DNA of 64,000 nucleotides from a virus: IMG/VR virus record IMGVR_UViG_3300023210_000021, positions 19,833 to 83,832 of that record; one strand, 5' to 3'. Shown piece by piece: positions 49,690 to 59,326 of this stretch (position 1 is its first letter; each line of letters starts with the position of its first letter). The notes under the pieces were generated by a model. It saw only the letters and a program-made list of their open reading frames with translations, ran no database searches and was not told where the DNA came from. The position numbers and the translations under genes were made by a program.

Positions 49690-51651
49690 TTATGCTGTAT
49701 TTAATGAAGAACCAACTTTTCCACCTGAATAATTAGCTCCATTTAAAGAATCTGTTATCATTTTAGTTACTACACCTTTTATTGATTCCATATCTAAATC
49801 TATATTGGTACTCCCATTTGGGGCATTAAGTGTTAAATCACCATTAATTGTCATTGTAATTGGTTCTACCTTAATTGTGTCACCACCTCCCGAACCACCT
49901 AATAAATTTTGTGGTTTACCAGCGATAACCAAATCTCTATTATCTAACGAAAAATCACCAAAACCCCCAGATAAAATTCTATTACCACCACCTACCGACG
50001 CTACATCATGCTCTGGTGTTACATTAGGTTTCCCTTTGTTATCAACACCACTTACATCTTCCTTTTCCCCTCGCAATAGTTTTTGAATGGTTATTTTAGC
50101 ATCCTCTACAGTAATTTCTTTAATTTTACCTAATGCATTCTCCAAATCCTTAGATGCTGCACCCATTAAAGACTTAGTAAATGTGCCCGCTTTTAAACCT
50201 GCCCCACTAAACATTTTATCAATATTCTTTTGTATGTCAGTACTATTGAAAGCTTCGATAGTTTGATCAACAATTTTTTCTGTACCTTTTGTCCATTCAT
50301 CTATAATAGGTTCCATAGTATCCTCAAATGCCATATAAACATTTGCTTCACCTAAAAATCTTGTTTCCAATGACTTATCGATCTGTTCAAGATACTTGTT
50401 AGTAGTCATTGCTTCTTTTGCTGTAAGTAAAATAGCGTCTTCTGAAGTTGTCGGTACTTCTAAAATACCTTCTTCCATCGCTTTCTTAATACCATCTGTA
50501 TCACCAATCTCTATCTCCTTACCGTCAAAATCAACAACCCATTTCTTTTCTTTATTTAACCTAGCTAGATTTGCAATACCTTCTCTCGATTCTTCATCAC
50601 CAAAACCAACATCCATCTTAATGTCTTTAATTTTTGATGCTTGTCTAGCCATATCAATCATGTTATCGGTATTGATATTTAATTGATCCCCAGCAGCTTT
50701 AAGTTGCATCCTTGCTTCTGGTGGGAAGTCATACTCACCAGTTTCTTTGTTGAATGACATCATATTTTCTGTCATATCAGCAACCTTTTGAGCAAGTTCT
50801 TCTGGTTTGTTCCGAGCTAAATACATTATCTCAAACGGATCACCAAACGCATCTGCAACATCACCCCCTAACATTTGTAAATTAGCAACGGCTTCTATTG
50901 CTGCCTCTGGTTCGTAGAACTTATCTGCCATACTTAACATTTCACCAACATCCATTCTCATTTTAACCGCTAGTTGAGCCATTTGTGTCATGCCTTTAAC
51001 ACCACCTCTAAATGACATGTTTTGCATACTACTAAAATTATCGGATAATACTTTTGTAACTTTTGATGCGTTTAAACCTAATTTTTGAGAGTCTTTAAAA
51101 ATTTCTTTAATGGCTGTCATAGAAGCTTCACTGGATTTTCCCATAAAATCCATTCTCTCCATTAATTTTGCTGCGGATTCACCCACCAACCCAGTTGCTT
51201 TCTCTAACGCAATAACGTTTCCAACTTCTTCTGGGGTTACAATTCTAGCTCTACCTGATTGTTCAGCAATTGCGGTAATTGCAGTCTCAACGTCACCAAC
51301 CTCCGCACCTAACCTTTGAGCTATTTCAACAGATTTAATAAATGACTTACCGAATTCTTGTTGTTTTTTAGTGGATATACCAACATTAATAGAAGTTTTT
51401 TTGTAACTTTCAGCTAACAACTCAGCCGCTTTATATTGTTTCTCAATACTTTTAGCAAATACCACACTGTTTTGCCCAATCTTCGTCATCCTCTTTGCTG
51501 CATCTGCAACTAGATTAGATGTTTCACCGATACTTGCCCCTAACCTTTCAGATGACTTAGCGGCACCATCCAATGATTTTTTCAGATTCGTTATCTGAAC
51601 CTGTAAATCATCTAACTGATCTTTTAACTCTTGATTAGTTGGTGTTCCCAT
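49690..51651 (-). CDS. tape-measure-like protein
   Basis: 653 aa, Ala/Met/Lys-rich helical composition, located downstream of the tube and chaperone genes and upstream of the hub genes. Confidence 0.7.
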   Translation of the reverse strand: MGTPTNQELKDQLDDLQVQITNLKKSLDGAAKSSERLGASIGETSNLVADAAKRMTKIGQNSVVFAKSIEKQYKAAELLAESYKKTSINVGISTKKQQEFGKSFIKSVEIAQRLGAEVGDVETAITAIAEQSGRARIVTPEEVGNVIALEKATGLVGESAAKLMERMDFMGKSSEASMTAIKEIFKDSQKLGLNASKVTKVLSDNFSSMQNMSFRGGVKGMTQMAQLAVKMRMDVGEMLSMADKFYEPEAAIEAVANLQMLGGDVADAFGDPFEIMYLARNKPEELAQKVADMTENMMSFNKETGEYDFPPEARMQLKAAGDQLNINTDNMIDMARQASKIKDIKMDVGFGDEESREGIANLARLNKEKKWVVDFDGKEIEIGDTDGIKKAMEEGILEVPTTSEDAILLTAKEAMTTNKYLEQIDKSLETRFLGEANVYMAFEDTMEPIIDEWTKGTEKIVDQTIEAFNSTDIQKNIDKMFSGAGLKAGTFTKSLMGAASKDLENALGKIKEITVEDAKITIQKLLRGEKEDVSGVDNKGKPNVTPEHDVASVGGGNRILSGGFGDFSLDNRDLVIAGKPQNLLGGSGGGDTIKVEPITMTINGDLTLNAPNGSTNIDLDMESIKGVVTKMITDSLNGANYSGGKVGSSLNTA

Positions 51652-51653
51652 TA

Positions 51654-51776
51654 TTACTTATCGTCTATATTCTCAGGGTTATCAATCGACTCTTGTATAA
51701 TACCCTCCAATCGTTTCAACTCATCCTCAATGGATTGGATTTGACCCACAAATATAACTGGTAATATCTCAGTCAT
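51654..51776 (-). CDS. unannotated 40-aa acidic peptide
   Basis: MTEILPVIFVGQIQSIEDELKRLEGIIQESIDNPENIDDK*; fills the gap exactly (TAA-T-ATG junction upstream, stop 2 nt before the tape-measure ATG). Confidence 0.65.
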   Translation of the reverse strand: MTEILPVIFVGQIQSIEDELKRLEGIIQESIDNPENIDDK

Positions 51777-51777
51777 A

Positions 51778-52440
51778 TTATTTTAATTTTATGAACTTGA
51801 AATAAACATCCTCTTCATCACCACTAACATCTTTTTCAGTTGAGAATCCATATTTATTATATGATAAACTGACTTCACCTTTTTGATCTATATTAGTTTT
51901 AAGGTTATTATACCTAAGTCGTATAATTAATGTATCAGGAAAACTATTAGTTTTAATGTCAATTGTTTTACTTTTTTCATTAATACCAACAACAGAAAAA
52001 TACATTGACCCTGTTAACTTTCGTTTATAATCAGGTGAAGACAGTTTTTGGATATCTAATTCAACATCATTTTTAAAACTAATTACAACCCTTTTATATT
52101 TTAATTTTTTACTTTTAGATTTTCTTAAATTACTAATACCACCGGATATTTCCGCAATATCATCCTTCAACTTATTAATACTATCTTGTAGTTTATTTCT
52201 TTCTTCTTCATCCTCAGATTCTTTCTTCTTTTTTTCTAGTTCCTTTAATTTGTCTTTATTATCGGACTCCTTCTCCTCCCCATCATCAATAAGCTTACTA
52301 ATAATCTTTTTAGTTAATAAACCCCCAGGTCCAAATCTAATAAATGTTATGATATCATTTGCAATACCTTCATTAATGTTACTCTCAATAAGGTTGTTTA
52401 TATCTTTAATTATTTTTTCTTGTTCATTAATTGATTTCAT
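51778..52440 (-). CDS. leader-bearing hypothetical protein (220 aa)
   Basis: MKSINEQEKIIKDINNLIESNINEG start; TATTTAT at 52462-52456. Confidence 0.7.
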   Translation of the reverse strand: MKSINEQEKIIKDINNLIESNINEGIANDIITFIRFGPGGLLTKKIISKLIDDGEEKESDNKDKLKELEKKKKESEDEEERNKLQDSINKLKDDIAEISGGISNLRKSKSKKLKYKRVVISFKNDVELDIQKLSSPDYKRKLTGSMYFSVVGINEKSKTIDIKTNSFPDTLIIRLRYNNLKTNIDQKGEVSLSYNKYGFSTEKDVSGDEEDVYFKFIKLK

Positions 52441-52480
52441 AGAAATAGTTTTTTAATAAATATCAAGAAATAAATAAAAT

Positions 52481-52635
52481 TTACCCTTCTTGGTTTGGTT
52501 GTAATAATCTGATAAAATATCGTCTTGAATATGTGGGCATTATTAAAGTATCTGAATAACTATACCCATTACTTACTAGAAACGCTATTTCTTTATGTAA
52601 CTGAGCGTTATAACTAGAGTTCAGGCCATAAAAAA
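52481..52635 (-). CDS. C-terminal extension of the tail chaperone, probably reached by frameshift
   Basis: +1 frame YGLNSSYNAQLHKEIAFLVSNGYSYSDTLIMPTYSRRYFIRLLQPNQEG*; it has no upstream ATG (the ORF-track start is TTG) and overlaps the end of 52614..53396. Confidence 0.55.
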
Positions 52636-53396
52636 TTAGATCCGAATCTAAGAAAGGTGGCAGTTTCGACCCCCCCTTGAATCGTAGCAGTCGTCTTAAA
52701 ATCAATTCCGGGTTCTATTTCACTAATATATTTTCTTAATGACCTTGAATCTATAATGCTCATATTTTTTATTAAAGCAGAAATCTTCATTTTATCACGA
52801 ATCCCATCTACCTCCATTATTTCCCTTTCAAGTCTTAATGTAGTTTCATAAGAAATATCATCCCCATTTCTTTTCATGGTCATTTCATTTTTCTCAGATA
52901 TTTCACTTTCATCTTTTCCAGTTAATAATCTAAATTTCACTGTTTTCTTTGTGGTTGGCAATTCATAATCAAATTCACCTGATTGATCTGGGGTAATCCC
53001 CAACTTTTTTTGTTTAAGTGTGGATAAGTCAATCTCCCCCATCTCCACTTTTTTTGTCTTTGGGTTAATAACTGGTTGTGAATACATATGACCAAACCCT
53101 GTTGATCTTAAATAAATTAATATAGCTATCCTATCACCCTCTATTAAGTCTTCTACATTAAACCCTAAATCCTTAACTTTCCTCTCTAACAAAACATCTA
53201 TCATCCGACCACCACTTGATAAATTAGGTGATGTTAATATATTTTCATCCATTGTTGTTAGGTATTCCACCTTAACTGTTGGTTTTTTATTTGGGTATAG
53301 AATCCCCTGCGAGGGTAATTCAATAATATCGAATGGCACCCTATATTCCTCAGGAATAAAATTTGGATCCATATTTTGTGCATAGTTATTTTCCAT
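52614..53396 (-). CDS. baseplate hub assembly / tail assembly chaperone (T4 gp26-like)
   Basis: IELPSQG..YP, YLTTMDENIL, GDRIAILIYLR and a second LP...VKFRLLTGKDE repeat, ending FLWP. Confidence 0.75.
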   Translation of the reverse strand: MENNYAQNMDPNFIPEEYRVPFDIIELPSQGILYPNKKPTVKVEYLTTMDENILTSPNLSSGGRMIDVLLERKVKDLGFNVEDLIEGDRIAILIYLRSTGFGHMYSQPVINPKTKKVEMGEIDLSTLKQKKLGITPDQSGEFDYELPTTKKTVKFRLLTGKDESEISEKNEMTMKRNGDDISYETTLRLEREIMEVDGIRDKMKISALIKNMSIIDSRSLRKYISEIEPGIDFKTTATIQGGVETATFLRFGSNFLWPEL

Positions 53397-53444
53397 AAAA
53401 CAATTTTAATATACTTTCTTTATAAGTAAAGAAACATTAATGGG

Positions 53445-54965
53445 TTATAGTTTAATTTTCTTCCCTTTTCCTGTTCCCTCTTCTGGTGTTACTTCCTCTT
53501 TATCTGCGAAATCCTTATCGTCAAAAACGTCAAAAACTGGTGTATTTTCTGCTGATGCTGGTGCACTGTCACAGTGTTTTACCTTCAAATCGGATACTAA
53601 CTTTTCTGAATTGACTATAACTTTACTACTAATCAACTCTACACCACCAAAAGTTTCTAATACAAATGAAACAGTTTCTGAACCAGAAACCGCCTCAATA
53701 TGGTTTTTAACTGCTTCTTGTATTTGTTGGTCGGTAACCCCTTTAACCTTATTTTCTATCTGTCCACAATCTAACCCACCATACTCATCCTCTAACAAAG
53801 GTATCATAAGTGCCGATATTGCGTTATTTATCTCCTCTGACCATTCAGCAGCATCCTTACCCGTTTTCTCTTTTAAAAGATAATTATTAGCCTCCATCTG
53901 CCTCTTTTTCGCTGAATCTGGCATTAAATTATAAGCATCTTTCCAAAAACCATAAAAGGGGTATGCTAGTGCTGGCACTATCCAGTTAACTGGGTTAATT
54001 GAGGGTGATGTTCCATCTGGTCCGAACCAACTATACGCACCATACGTCCCTGCCTTCACACCAACACCCTTTAAATATTGTGAGTATCTAAATGCCATCC
54101 TGTAATACCATTTATTCCCTGGCTCAATCCCCGCCTTTTTAAAGATATTACTTGATGACATATATGTTTTAATCTTCGTTGGAGTATCTAAGAAGAAAAA
54201 ATGTTTTCTCAAAAAATTAAGTCCCTTTTTAAAGTTTGATGGGTCTTTCACTGCTTCCATCACTTCTTCTGCACTACCTGTCATAACAGGTTTCCCACCA
54301 ACTTCACCTGCAAGACGAACCCCTGACATTTGTGAAAACGTGTCAAACATCTTAGCAGCAAATTCATCTGAGATATGACTACCACCCACAACCTTATTAG
54401 GGTCGATTTTCGGGTCGTCAATCTTAACTACTGGTTCTTTCACTTTTTCTGGGTGTATATAACCCCCATCTGAGTTATTTAAATACTCATTAAATTTTTT
54501 GTTACCAATCTTATTACGATAAGATTCTAACGCATTAACCCTAAAATTACCATCAACTGGTAAAGCTTCATACCAAAACTCATCTGTACCTGGTATTTTA
54601 CTAAAAAAATCAAAATCATTTCCCTGTTTTTTGGCAATCCTCAATGTAACTAATACATTATCTACATTGTTAGGTGGTTGTATAATCTCATCCCATATAT
54701 ATTTATACCCCTCTAAATGTTTTAATAAATCATCAAAGTTATTATTAGGGGCAACTTTAAATTTTTCTATAATATCATCCGTTATAGTAATACCCTTTTT
54801 ACCTAACACAGACGATATCTCATCCCAACTCTTAACTAAAAACTTACCAGGTCCTCCTTCATTTAACAACCCCTCATTAATTAAGTTACCATACAACCTA
54901 CTTTCATCCATAAGTTGCTTCATCCTATCCATCTGTTCGTTTAGTGTTTTAAAATTCTTTCTCAT
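53445..54965 (-). CDS. leader-bearing hypothetical protein (506 aa)
   Basis: Leader TLNEQMDRMKQLMDE...LINEGLLNEG; mildly hydrophobic WIVPALAYPFYGFW segment. Confidence 0.7.
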   Translation of the reverse strand: MRKNFKTLNEQMDRMKQLMDESRLYGNLINEGLLNEGGPGKFLVKSWDEISSVLGKKGITITDDIIEKFKVAPNNNFDDLLKHLEGYKYIWDEIIQPPNNVDNVLVTLRIAKKQGNDFDFFSKIPGTDEFWYEALPVDGNFRVNALESYRNKIGNKKFNEYLNNSDGGYIHPEKVKEPVVKIDDPKIDPNKVVGGSHISDEFAAKMFDTFSQMSGVRLAGEVGGKPVMTGSAEEVMEAVKDPSNFKKGLNFLRKHFFFLDTPTKIKTYMSSSNIFKKAGIEPGNKWYYRMAFRYSQYLKGVGVKAGTYGAYSWFGPDGTSPSINPVNWIVPALAYPFYGFWKDAYNLMPDSAKKRQMEANNYLLKEKTGKDAAEWSEEINNAISALMIPLLEDEYGGLDCGQIENKVKGVTDQQIQEAVKNHIEAVSGSETVSFVLETFGGVELISSKVIVNSEKLVSDLKVKHCDSAPASAENTPVFDVFDDKDFADKEEVTPEEGTGKGKKIKL

Positions 54966-54978
54966 ATCAATATCTTTT

Positions 54979-55626
54979 TTATTTTATAAAATTTAATAAT
55001 TCTTTTAAGTTACCATTACCTTCCAAGTCCTCAGCCTTCAAAAATGTACCAGACCTGTAACTCGTTGCGGTACCATCACTTTTTAATATGCTAAAATCAG
55101 CACCACTATGTTTTTTACCTTTAGCATCAATACCAGCACTATAACTTAAATCAGTATAAATCTTACTAGTGTTATCACAAGTAAAATCACCTTCGTTCAT
55201 AAGTTTATAAAACACATCATCACCATCCCTCACCCCAACGGGCAATGTCCTTGTTAAAGTAAAATCACCATCATCCCAGAAAGTTAAAAAATAAGATGGG
55301 ATTGTTTTACTACCATGTGTTACCATATCTGTTGATTTAACTAGAATGTAACAATTCCCTGATACTTTATTAACAACAAAATTATCCTCACTAAACCCAA
55401 CATCTTCCAATAATTTCAAAACACACTTAATGTTTGTTTTTGAATTACAAGTATTAGTTGTTTGTTCGTAGTTAGAGACAGGAACCACTTTATATTTATT
55501 ACCATCACTATCTTGTAACTTATCGATACATTCTTGATCAGACACATCCTCCTTAATAATTTTATTAGAATTAATACCCTCTATTAAAGTTTTATATTGT
55601 TCCTCGGTTATTTTAATCTTTCCCAT
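54979..55626 (-). CDS. leader-bearing hypothetical protein (215 aa)
   Basis: Leader MGKIKITEEQYKTLIE; TATTTAT at 55642-55636. Confidence 0.7.
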   Translation of the reverse strand: MGKIKITEEQYKTLIEGINSNKIIKEDVSDQECIDKLQDSDGNKYKVVPVSNYEQTTNTCNSKTNIKCVLKLLEDVGFSEDNFVVNKVSGNCYILVKSTDMVTHGSKTIPSYFLTFWDDGDFTLTRTLPVGVRDGDDVFYKLMNEGDFTCDNTSKIYTDLSYSAGIDAKGKKHSGADFSILKSDGTATSYRSGTFLKAEDLEGNGNLKELLNFIK

Positions 55627-55643
55627 ATTATACCAATAAATAT

Positions 55644-55811
55644 CTAAATTTTATTTTTCTCTTGAAGTGATTCAATCTCTTCATTCAAAATACCTAATTC
55701 TTCTAAAAAAGAATTAGATAACTCCTCATCAGAATTATAACTTGATGCCATCTCACTAATAAACTCAATCCTTTTAGTAATTCGTTTTATATCGTCTTCA
55801 ATTGTTACCAT
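55644..55811 (-). CDS. unannotated 55-aa acidic peptide
   Basis: MVTIEDDIKRITKRIEFISEMASSYNSDEELSNSFLEELGILNEEIESLQEKNKI*; TAA-T-ATG junction with the upstream gene. Confidence 0.65.
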   Translation of the reverse strand: MVTIEDDIKRITKRIEFISEMASSYNSDEELSNSFLEELGILNEEIESLQEKNKI

Positions 55812-55812
55812 A

Positions 55813-57855
55813 TTATTTTTTCATTAATGATTGTTTATATTTTTGTATTGCATTTAACGTGGAAATTTCTATATTTTTCTTACTGTCATCCGTTGGGTTG
55901 GTAATTGATTTATATTTTTCAACATTCACTTTCTCCTTTTTAATATAAAAGGCATCCATATCATAATAAGGATCCCCCTTCTTTGGTTTTTCCTTAATTG
56001 TTTTATTATTACCCTTTAAATCTTTTAGTGATCCCCCATTACCCGTCTGAGTTGGTTCACCGTCAGATCCGATTGTTGCTGAAACTGCTCCACCATATAT
56101 TACCTTCTCCATCGCAGAAGCCTCCCCATACTTACTATCCTTAGCCCAACTATGAAGATGTTTCTCTAATTCTGGGTTAGCATCTATTAATTTCTTTTTA
56201 AAAGCTGGTTTGTTATTTTTAGCTAATTTACTTAATTCCTTAACCTCTTTCTCAATAACGTCAGGATTACCCAATATTTTAGTTAATGCTTTCTGTTCTA
56301 TTTTATTTAGTTTACTATAACTCTTTGTTATAAAATCCATTTTCTCTGCATCTGACCCTAATTTCTCAGCACCTGTTATAATTTTTCTAATTTTTTTAAC
56401 ACCTGTTACACCTATTTTTCTAACTAATGGTCCAATTGCTGGTAACGCAGCAAACGCTATTGCAATACCACCACTCACCTTATCTCCCTCAACAAAGTAA
56501 CCAATCCCATCCACTAACTCAAGCGCCGCTGAAGCAATCACACCACCTGGTATGAAAAATGCTACTGCCGCAGCAACTTGAAGTAAATCATGGTAGGTAA
56601 AATCATCTGTAAATTGTCCCCAACCACCTCTAATATCCACACCTTTACTAATCTGGTTAGCAGAATAACTACTACCATTGGTTGATAGGTGTTGTTGCGA
56701 AGAAGCATAACCATCAATACAATCACAACTAAATACATTACTTTTTGTTGTTGCCGAAACCCACACACCATTTTTACTTCCAGACAAAGAGCAATACCCC
56801 TTTACTGAATTTCTCTCAACCTTATTTGTTTTAACGTAAGGGTATTTATTACGATTTATCCCTTCAATTTCATCTCCATTTGGTGCGTAATATGTTGTTA
56901 TTGTTTGTGTTTTATCGCAACCTACTTTATTGAACTTTTCTGTTGTTTGTGAAAAAATCTGATCATTGTGTTGGTTTATATAGTTAATGGTATTTTCTAG
57001 TATTTGTAATTTCCCCTCTAAAATAGATAATTGTCTTTTGTCAATTTTAATTTTCCCGATATTCTGTATTTCCTTTGGTATAATAATGTTGGTTCCTTGT
57101 ACACCTAACCCACCAGCACCTTGCGGATCCATTGATGAAAGTCCTGGAATATTTTGTAGTGTTTGTAATTGTTGTTGATTATAATAATCAAAGCCCTGAG
57201 ATACTATTTCATCTTGTTTCTTTTGTGTTTCTAACGCGGATTTCTCTTCCTCTTGTTTCTTCTTTTTATCCCACAAGCTAATTAATTTTGTTGTTTCGTC
57301 ATCTTGTTTTAGTTGAGTATAAAAGAAAGTATATGTTGTTGCAATATACTGAGGGTTAATTAAAATATTAGGGTTAAGTTTTTTCATCTTATCAACCCAC
57401 CCATCAGAAGCAAAGAATTTTTCATCAGCAATTAAATCTTTAACATCCGACCAACCATATAACCCAGAAACTTTCTTTTTGTGTTTCACAGCCTCATTGA
57501 ATTTATGAACAGTGTCGTACGATAGTTTATTCCCCGTTGCTGGTACTAATGTTTTTAAATTCAGAGTACCACCCATTGGCCCATTAATTGCATCGGTAGG
57601 GTTATTACCACAAACCCTCCTACCATCGGGACAAACATAACACCCCCCACCTGATGGTCCAATTTCCCATCGACAGTTAGCAACAGACATCTTTTTCTTT
57701 TGATTTTCCTTATTAAAATCTTCTTGTGTATAACCTTCTGGTCTCCATGTTATTGATTTTCCATTATATTGTTTAGGTATGTTAATCCCAGGGATTTGTT
57801 CTTGTAAAAATATTCTTTTATATTGTTCCTCTGTTATAATTATGGTTTTAGGCAT
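55813..57855 (-). CDS. leader-bearing protein with a pre-toxin (PT-TG)-like hydrophobic hairpin
   Basis: Leader MPKTIIITEEQYKRIFLQEQ; LLQVAAAVAFFIPGG...ELVDGIGYFVEGD..SGGIAIAFAALPAIG. Confidence 0.6.
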   Translation of the reverse strand: MPKTIIITEEQYKRIFLQEQIPGINIPKQYNGKSITWRPEGYTQEDFNKENQKKKMSVANCRWEIGPSGGGCYVCPDGRRVCGNNPTDAINGPMGGTLNLKTLVPATGNKLSYDTVHKFNEAVKHKKKVSGLYGWSDVKDLIADEKFFASDGWVDKMKKLNPNILINPQYIATTYTFFYTQLKQDDETTKLISLWDKKKKQEEEKSALETQKKQDEIVSQGFDYYNQQQLQTLQNIPGLSSMDPQGAGGLGVQGTNIIIPKEIQNIGKIKIDKRQLSILEGKLQILENTINYINQHNDQIFSQTTEKFNKVGCDKTQTITTYYAPNGDEIEGINRNKYPYVKTNKVERNSVKGYCSLSGSKNGVWVSATTKSNVFSCDCIDGYASSQQHLSTNGSSYSANQISKGVDIRGGWGQFTDDFTYHDLLQVAAAVAFFIPGGVIASAALELVDGIGYFVEGDKVSGGIAIAFAALPAIGPLVRKIGVTGVKKIRKIITGAEKLGSDAEKMDFITKSYSKLNKIEQKALTKILGNPDVIEKEVKELSKLAKNNKPAFKKKLIDANPELEKHLHSWAKDSKYGEASAMEKVIYGGAVSATIGSDGEPTQTGNGGSLKDLKGNNKTIKEKPKKGDPYYDMDAFYIKKEKVNVEKYKSITNPTDDSKKNIEISTLNAIQKYKQSLMKK

Positions 57856-57868
57856 TAAATCTTTTCTT

Positions 57869-57876
57869 TATAAATA
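57869..57876 (-). promoter_or_regulatory. putative phage late promoter TATTTATA
   Basis: 13 nt upstream of the ATG at 57855. Confidence 0.55.
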
Positions 57877-57886
57877 TGGTTAAAAA

Positions 57887-57916
57887 CAAAAAAAGCCTCC
57901 TTATTAGGGAAGCTTT
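57887..57916 (-). terminator. intrinsic terminator after the tail tube gene
   Basis: AAAGCCTCC-TTATTA-GGGAAGCTTT stem with an A run (U tract on the minus strand). Confidence 0.7.
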
Positions 57917-57943
57917 CTATAGTTATATTTGTATGTTTATTGT

Positions 57944-58432
57944 TTAATATACGTTAACCGCTCTATCGAACCTTAAAGTACAAGTAATCTCTGCTAAATC
58001 AGAAGAACTATAATCTAATCCACCGAAATCAGCATCATTTAATTGTGTCCCTTGAAGAATCCATTTTTGAACCGTTACACCAGCAGGATCCAACATTTCT
58101 AATTCTACGTCTTTCTTATAACCAGCAGCGTAACCTTGTCTTCCTGTTACTGACTCAGAGTGAAGTCTTACCCACTCCATAAGTGCTTGTGTCGCTGATG
58201 GACCGATAGGATCCCTAAATACAACCTGTATTGAGTCCCATCTGAATTTACCGATAACATAAGTTTCAGTGTTTAAGAACGGGATTGCTACCTCGTCACT
58301 TGTATATTTTGGTCTTGAACCTGTGGATACCCACCATTCTTGAATACCCAATTCATCTGGGAATCTAAATATAAACCTATTCTTTCTTAGTGGTTCGTAA
58401 GGAACGGGCATTCTCATTAATAAATCAGCCAT
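57944..58432 (-). CDS. tail tube protein (T4 gp19-like)
   Basis: YEPLRKNRF, RPKY, W..I.V.FRD, YKKDVELEMLDP.G...KWILQG, LDYSSSD...ITCTLRFD. Confidence 0.9.
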   Translation of the reverse strand: MADLLMRMPVPYEPLRKNRFIFRFPDELGIQEWWVSTGSRPKYTSDEVAIPFLNTETYVIGKFRWDSIQVVFRDPIGPSATQALMEWVRLHSESVTGRQGYAAGYKKDVELEMLDPAGVTVQKWILQGTQLNDADFGGLDYSSSDLAEITCTLRFDRAVNVY

Positions 58433-58467
58433 AGTTGTATTGTTTTAATTTTCTTTTATTCTTTATT

Positions 58468-58475
58468 TATAAATA
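58468..58475 (-). promoter_or_regulatory. putative phage late promoter TATTTATA
   Basis: Upstream of the tail tube gene. Confidence 0.55.
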
Positions 58476-58492
58476 TTTACTTTTCAGAAATA

Positions 58493-59320
58493 TTACTTTT
58501 TAATTACAATTCTTTTTTTCTTAGTGTCTTTAGGGTCTGAAGTATCATACACTAAAAACTTAATATTGGGGTATGCTTTATGTAATTCAGCTCTAATAAA
58601 CTCTTCAGCTTTAATGACATTACCTAAATCATCGTCACTAAACCCAACACTCAATCCCTCATAACCATCATCACCTTGTAATTGTTTTGCTGATTGAACA
58701 ACTCTTCTAACAAAATCTTCTAACGCAATAGTTTTTGATTTTTCTGGGTTAGCACCACCACCTGAAACATCCACACCAAACCTTTTACCGAATTCTTCTG
58801 ATGATACTGGGTGATAGTCTTGTAAATCTAAATATTGTTTAATGGTGGTACCTTTAAGGTTATCCTCCATTGTTCTTTTCTCTTCTTCACTAAACGATAA
58901 ATCAATAAGTAATTGTGTCCCATCCCTTAACGCTTTAGGTGAATTACCTCTGGCAGTTATAATTGAAAAATCGTTACCATACATTAATGCTTCTTTAAAT
59001 TTTTCAAAACTTGGTCCGAATGATTTTTCTTTTATTGCTTTTTTAATATCTAATTGAAATAGGTGATTATTTGTAAAATCTGCAAATGCTTGTTTAGCAT
59101 CATCATTTAATAGTCTATATCGACCACCTAACTCACCTCTTACCTCTGCAAATTCAGCAGTAGAAACATCAACAGGTATCCAATCATCCATACCAACTTT
59201 CTTCTCCAAATGGATATGTGTGGGCATGTTTAAAATATTATCATCCCAATCAAAAGAGTAAGCTCTTTTCTGAAACTCTAATAATAAATCGTATTGTGTT
59301 TCTGTTAGTTGTACCTTCAT
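58493..59320 (-). CDS. HAD-superfamily phosphatase-like protein with an N-terminal leader
   Basis: Motif I FDWDDNI, motif II IITARG, conserved Lys (EKSK), motif IV GFSDDD; leader MKVQLTETQYDLLLE. Confidence 0.7.
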   Translation of the reverse strand: MKVQLTETQYDLLLEFQKRAYSFDWDDNILNMPTHIHLEKKVGMDDWIPVDVSTAEFAEVRGELGGRYRLLNDDAKQAFADFTNNHLFQLDIKKAIKEKSFGPSFEKFKEALMYGNDFSIITARGNSPKALRDGTQLLIDLSFSEEEKRTMEDNLKGTTIKQYLDLQDYHPVSSEEFGKRFGVDVSGGGANPEKSKTIALEDFVRRVVQSAKQLQGDDGYEGLSVGFSDDDLGNVIKAEEFIRAELHKAYPNIKFLVYDTSDPKDTKKKRIVIKK

Positions 59321-59326
59321 AATTAT

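Noticed and set aside
57924-57931. Plus-strand TATATTTG that could drive antisense RNA into the tail tube gene
   Set aside because: No -33 element and only a 4-codon ORF follows; plausible by chance in AT-rich DNA.
2102-59057. Numerous plus-strand ORFs and short nested minus-strand ORFs in the ORF track
   Set aside because: They are antisense or alternative-frame shadows of long genes, with Ser/Leu/Ile/Phe-rich composition and no recognisable motifs.
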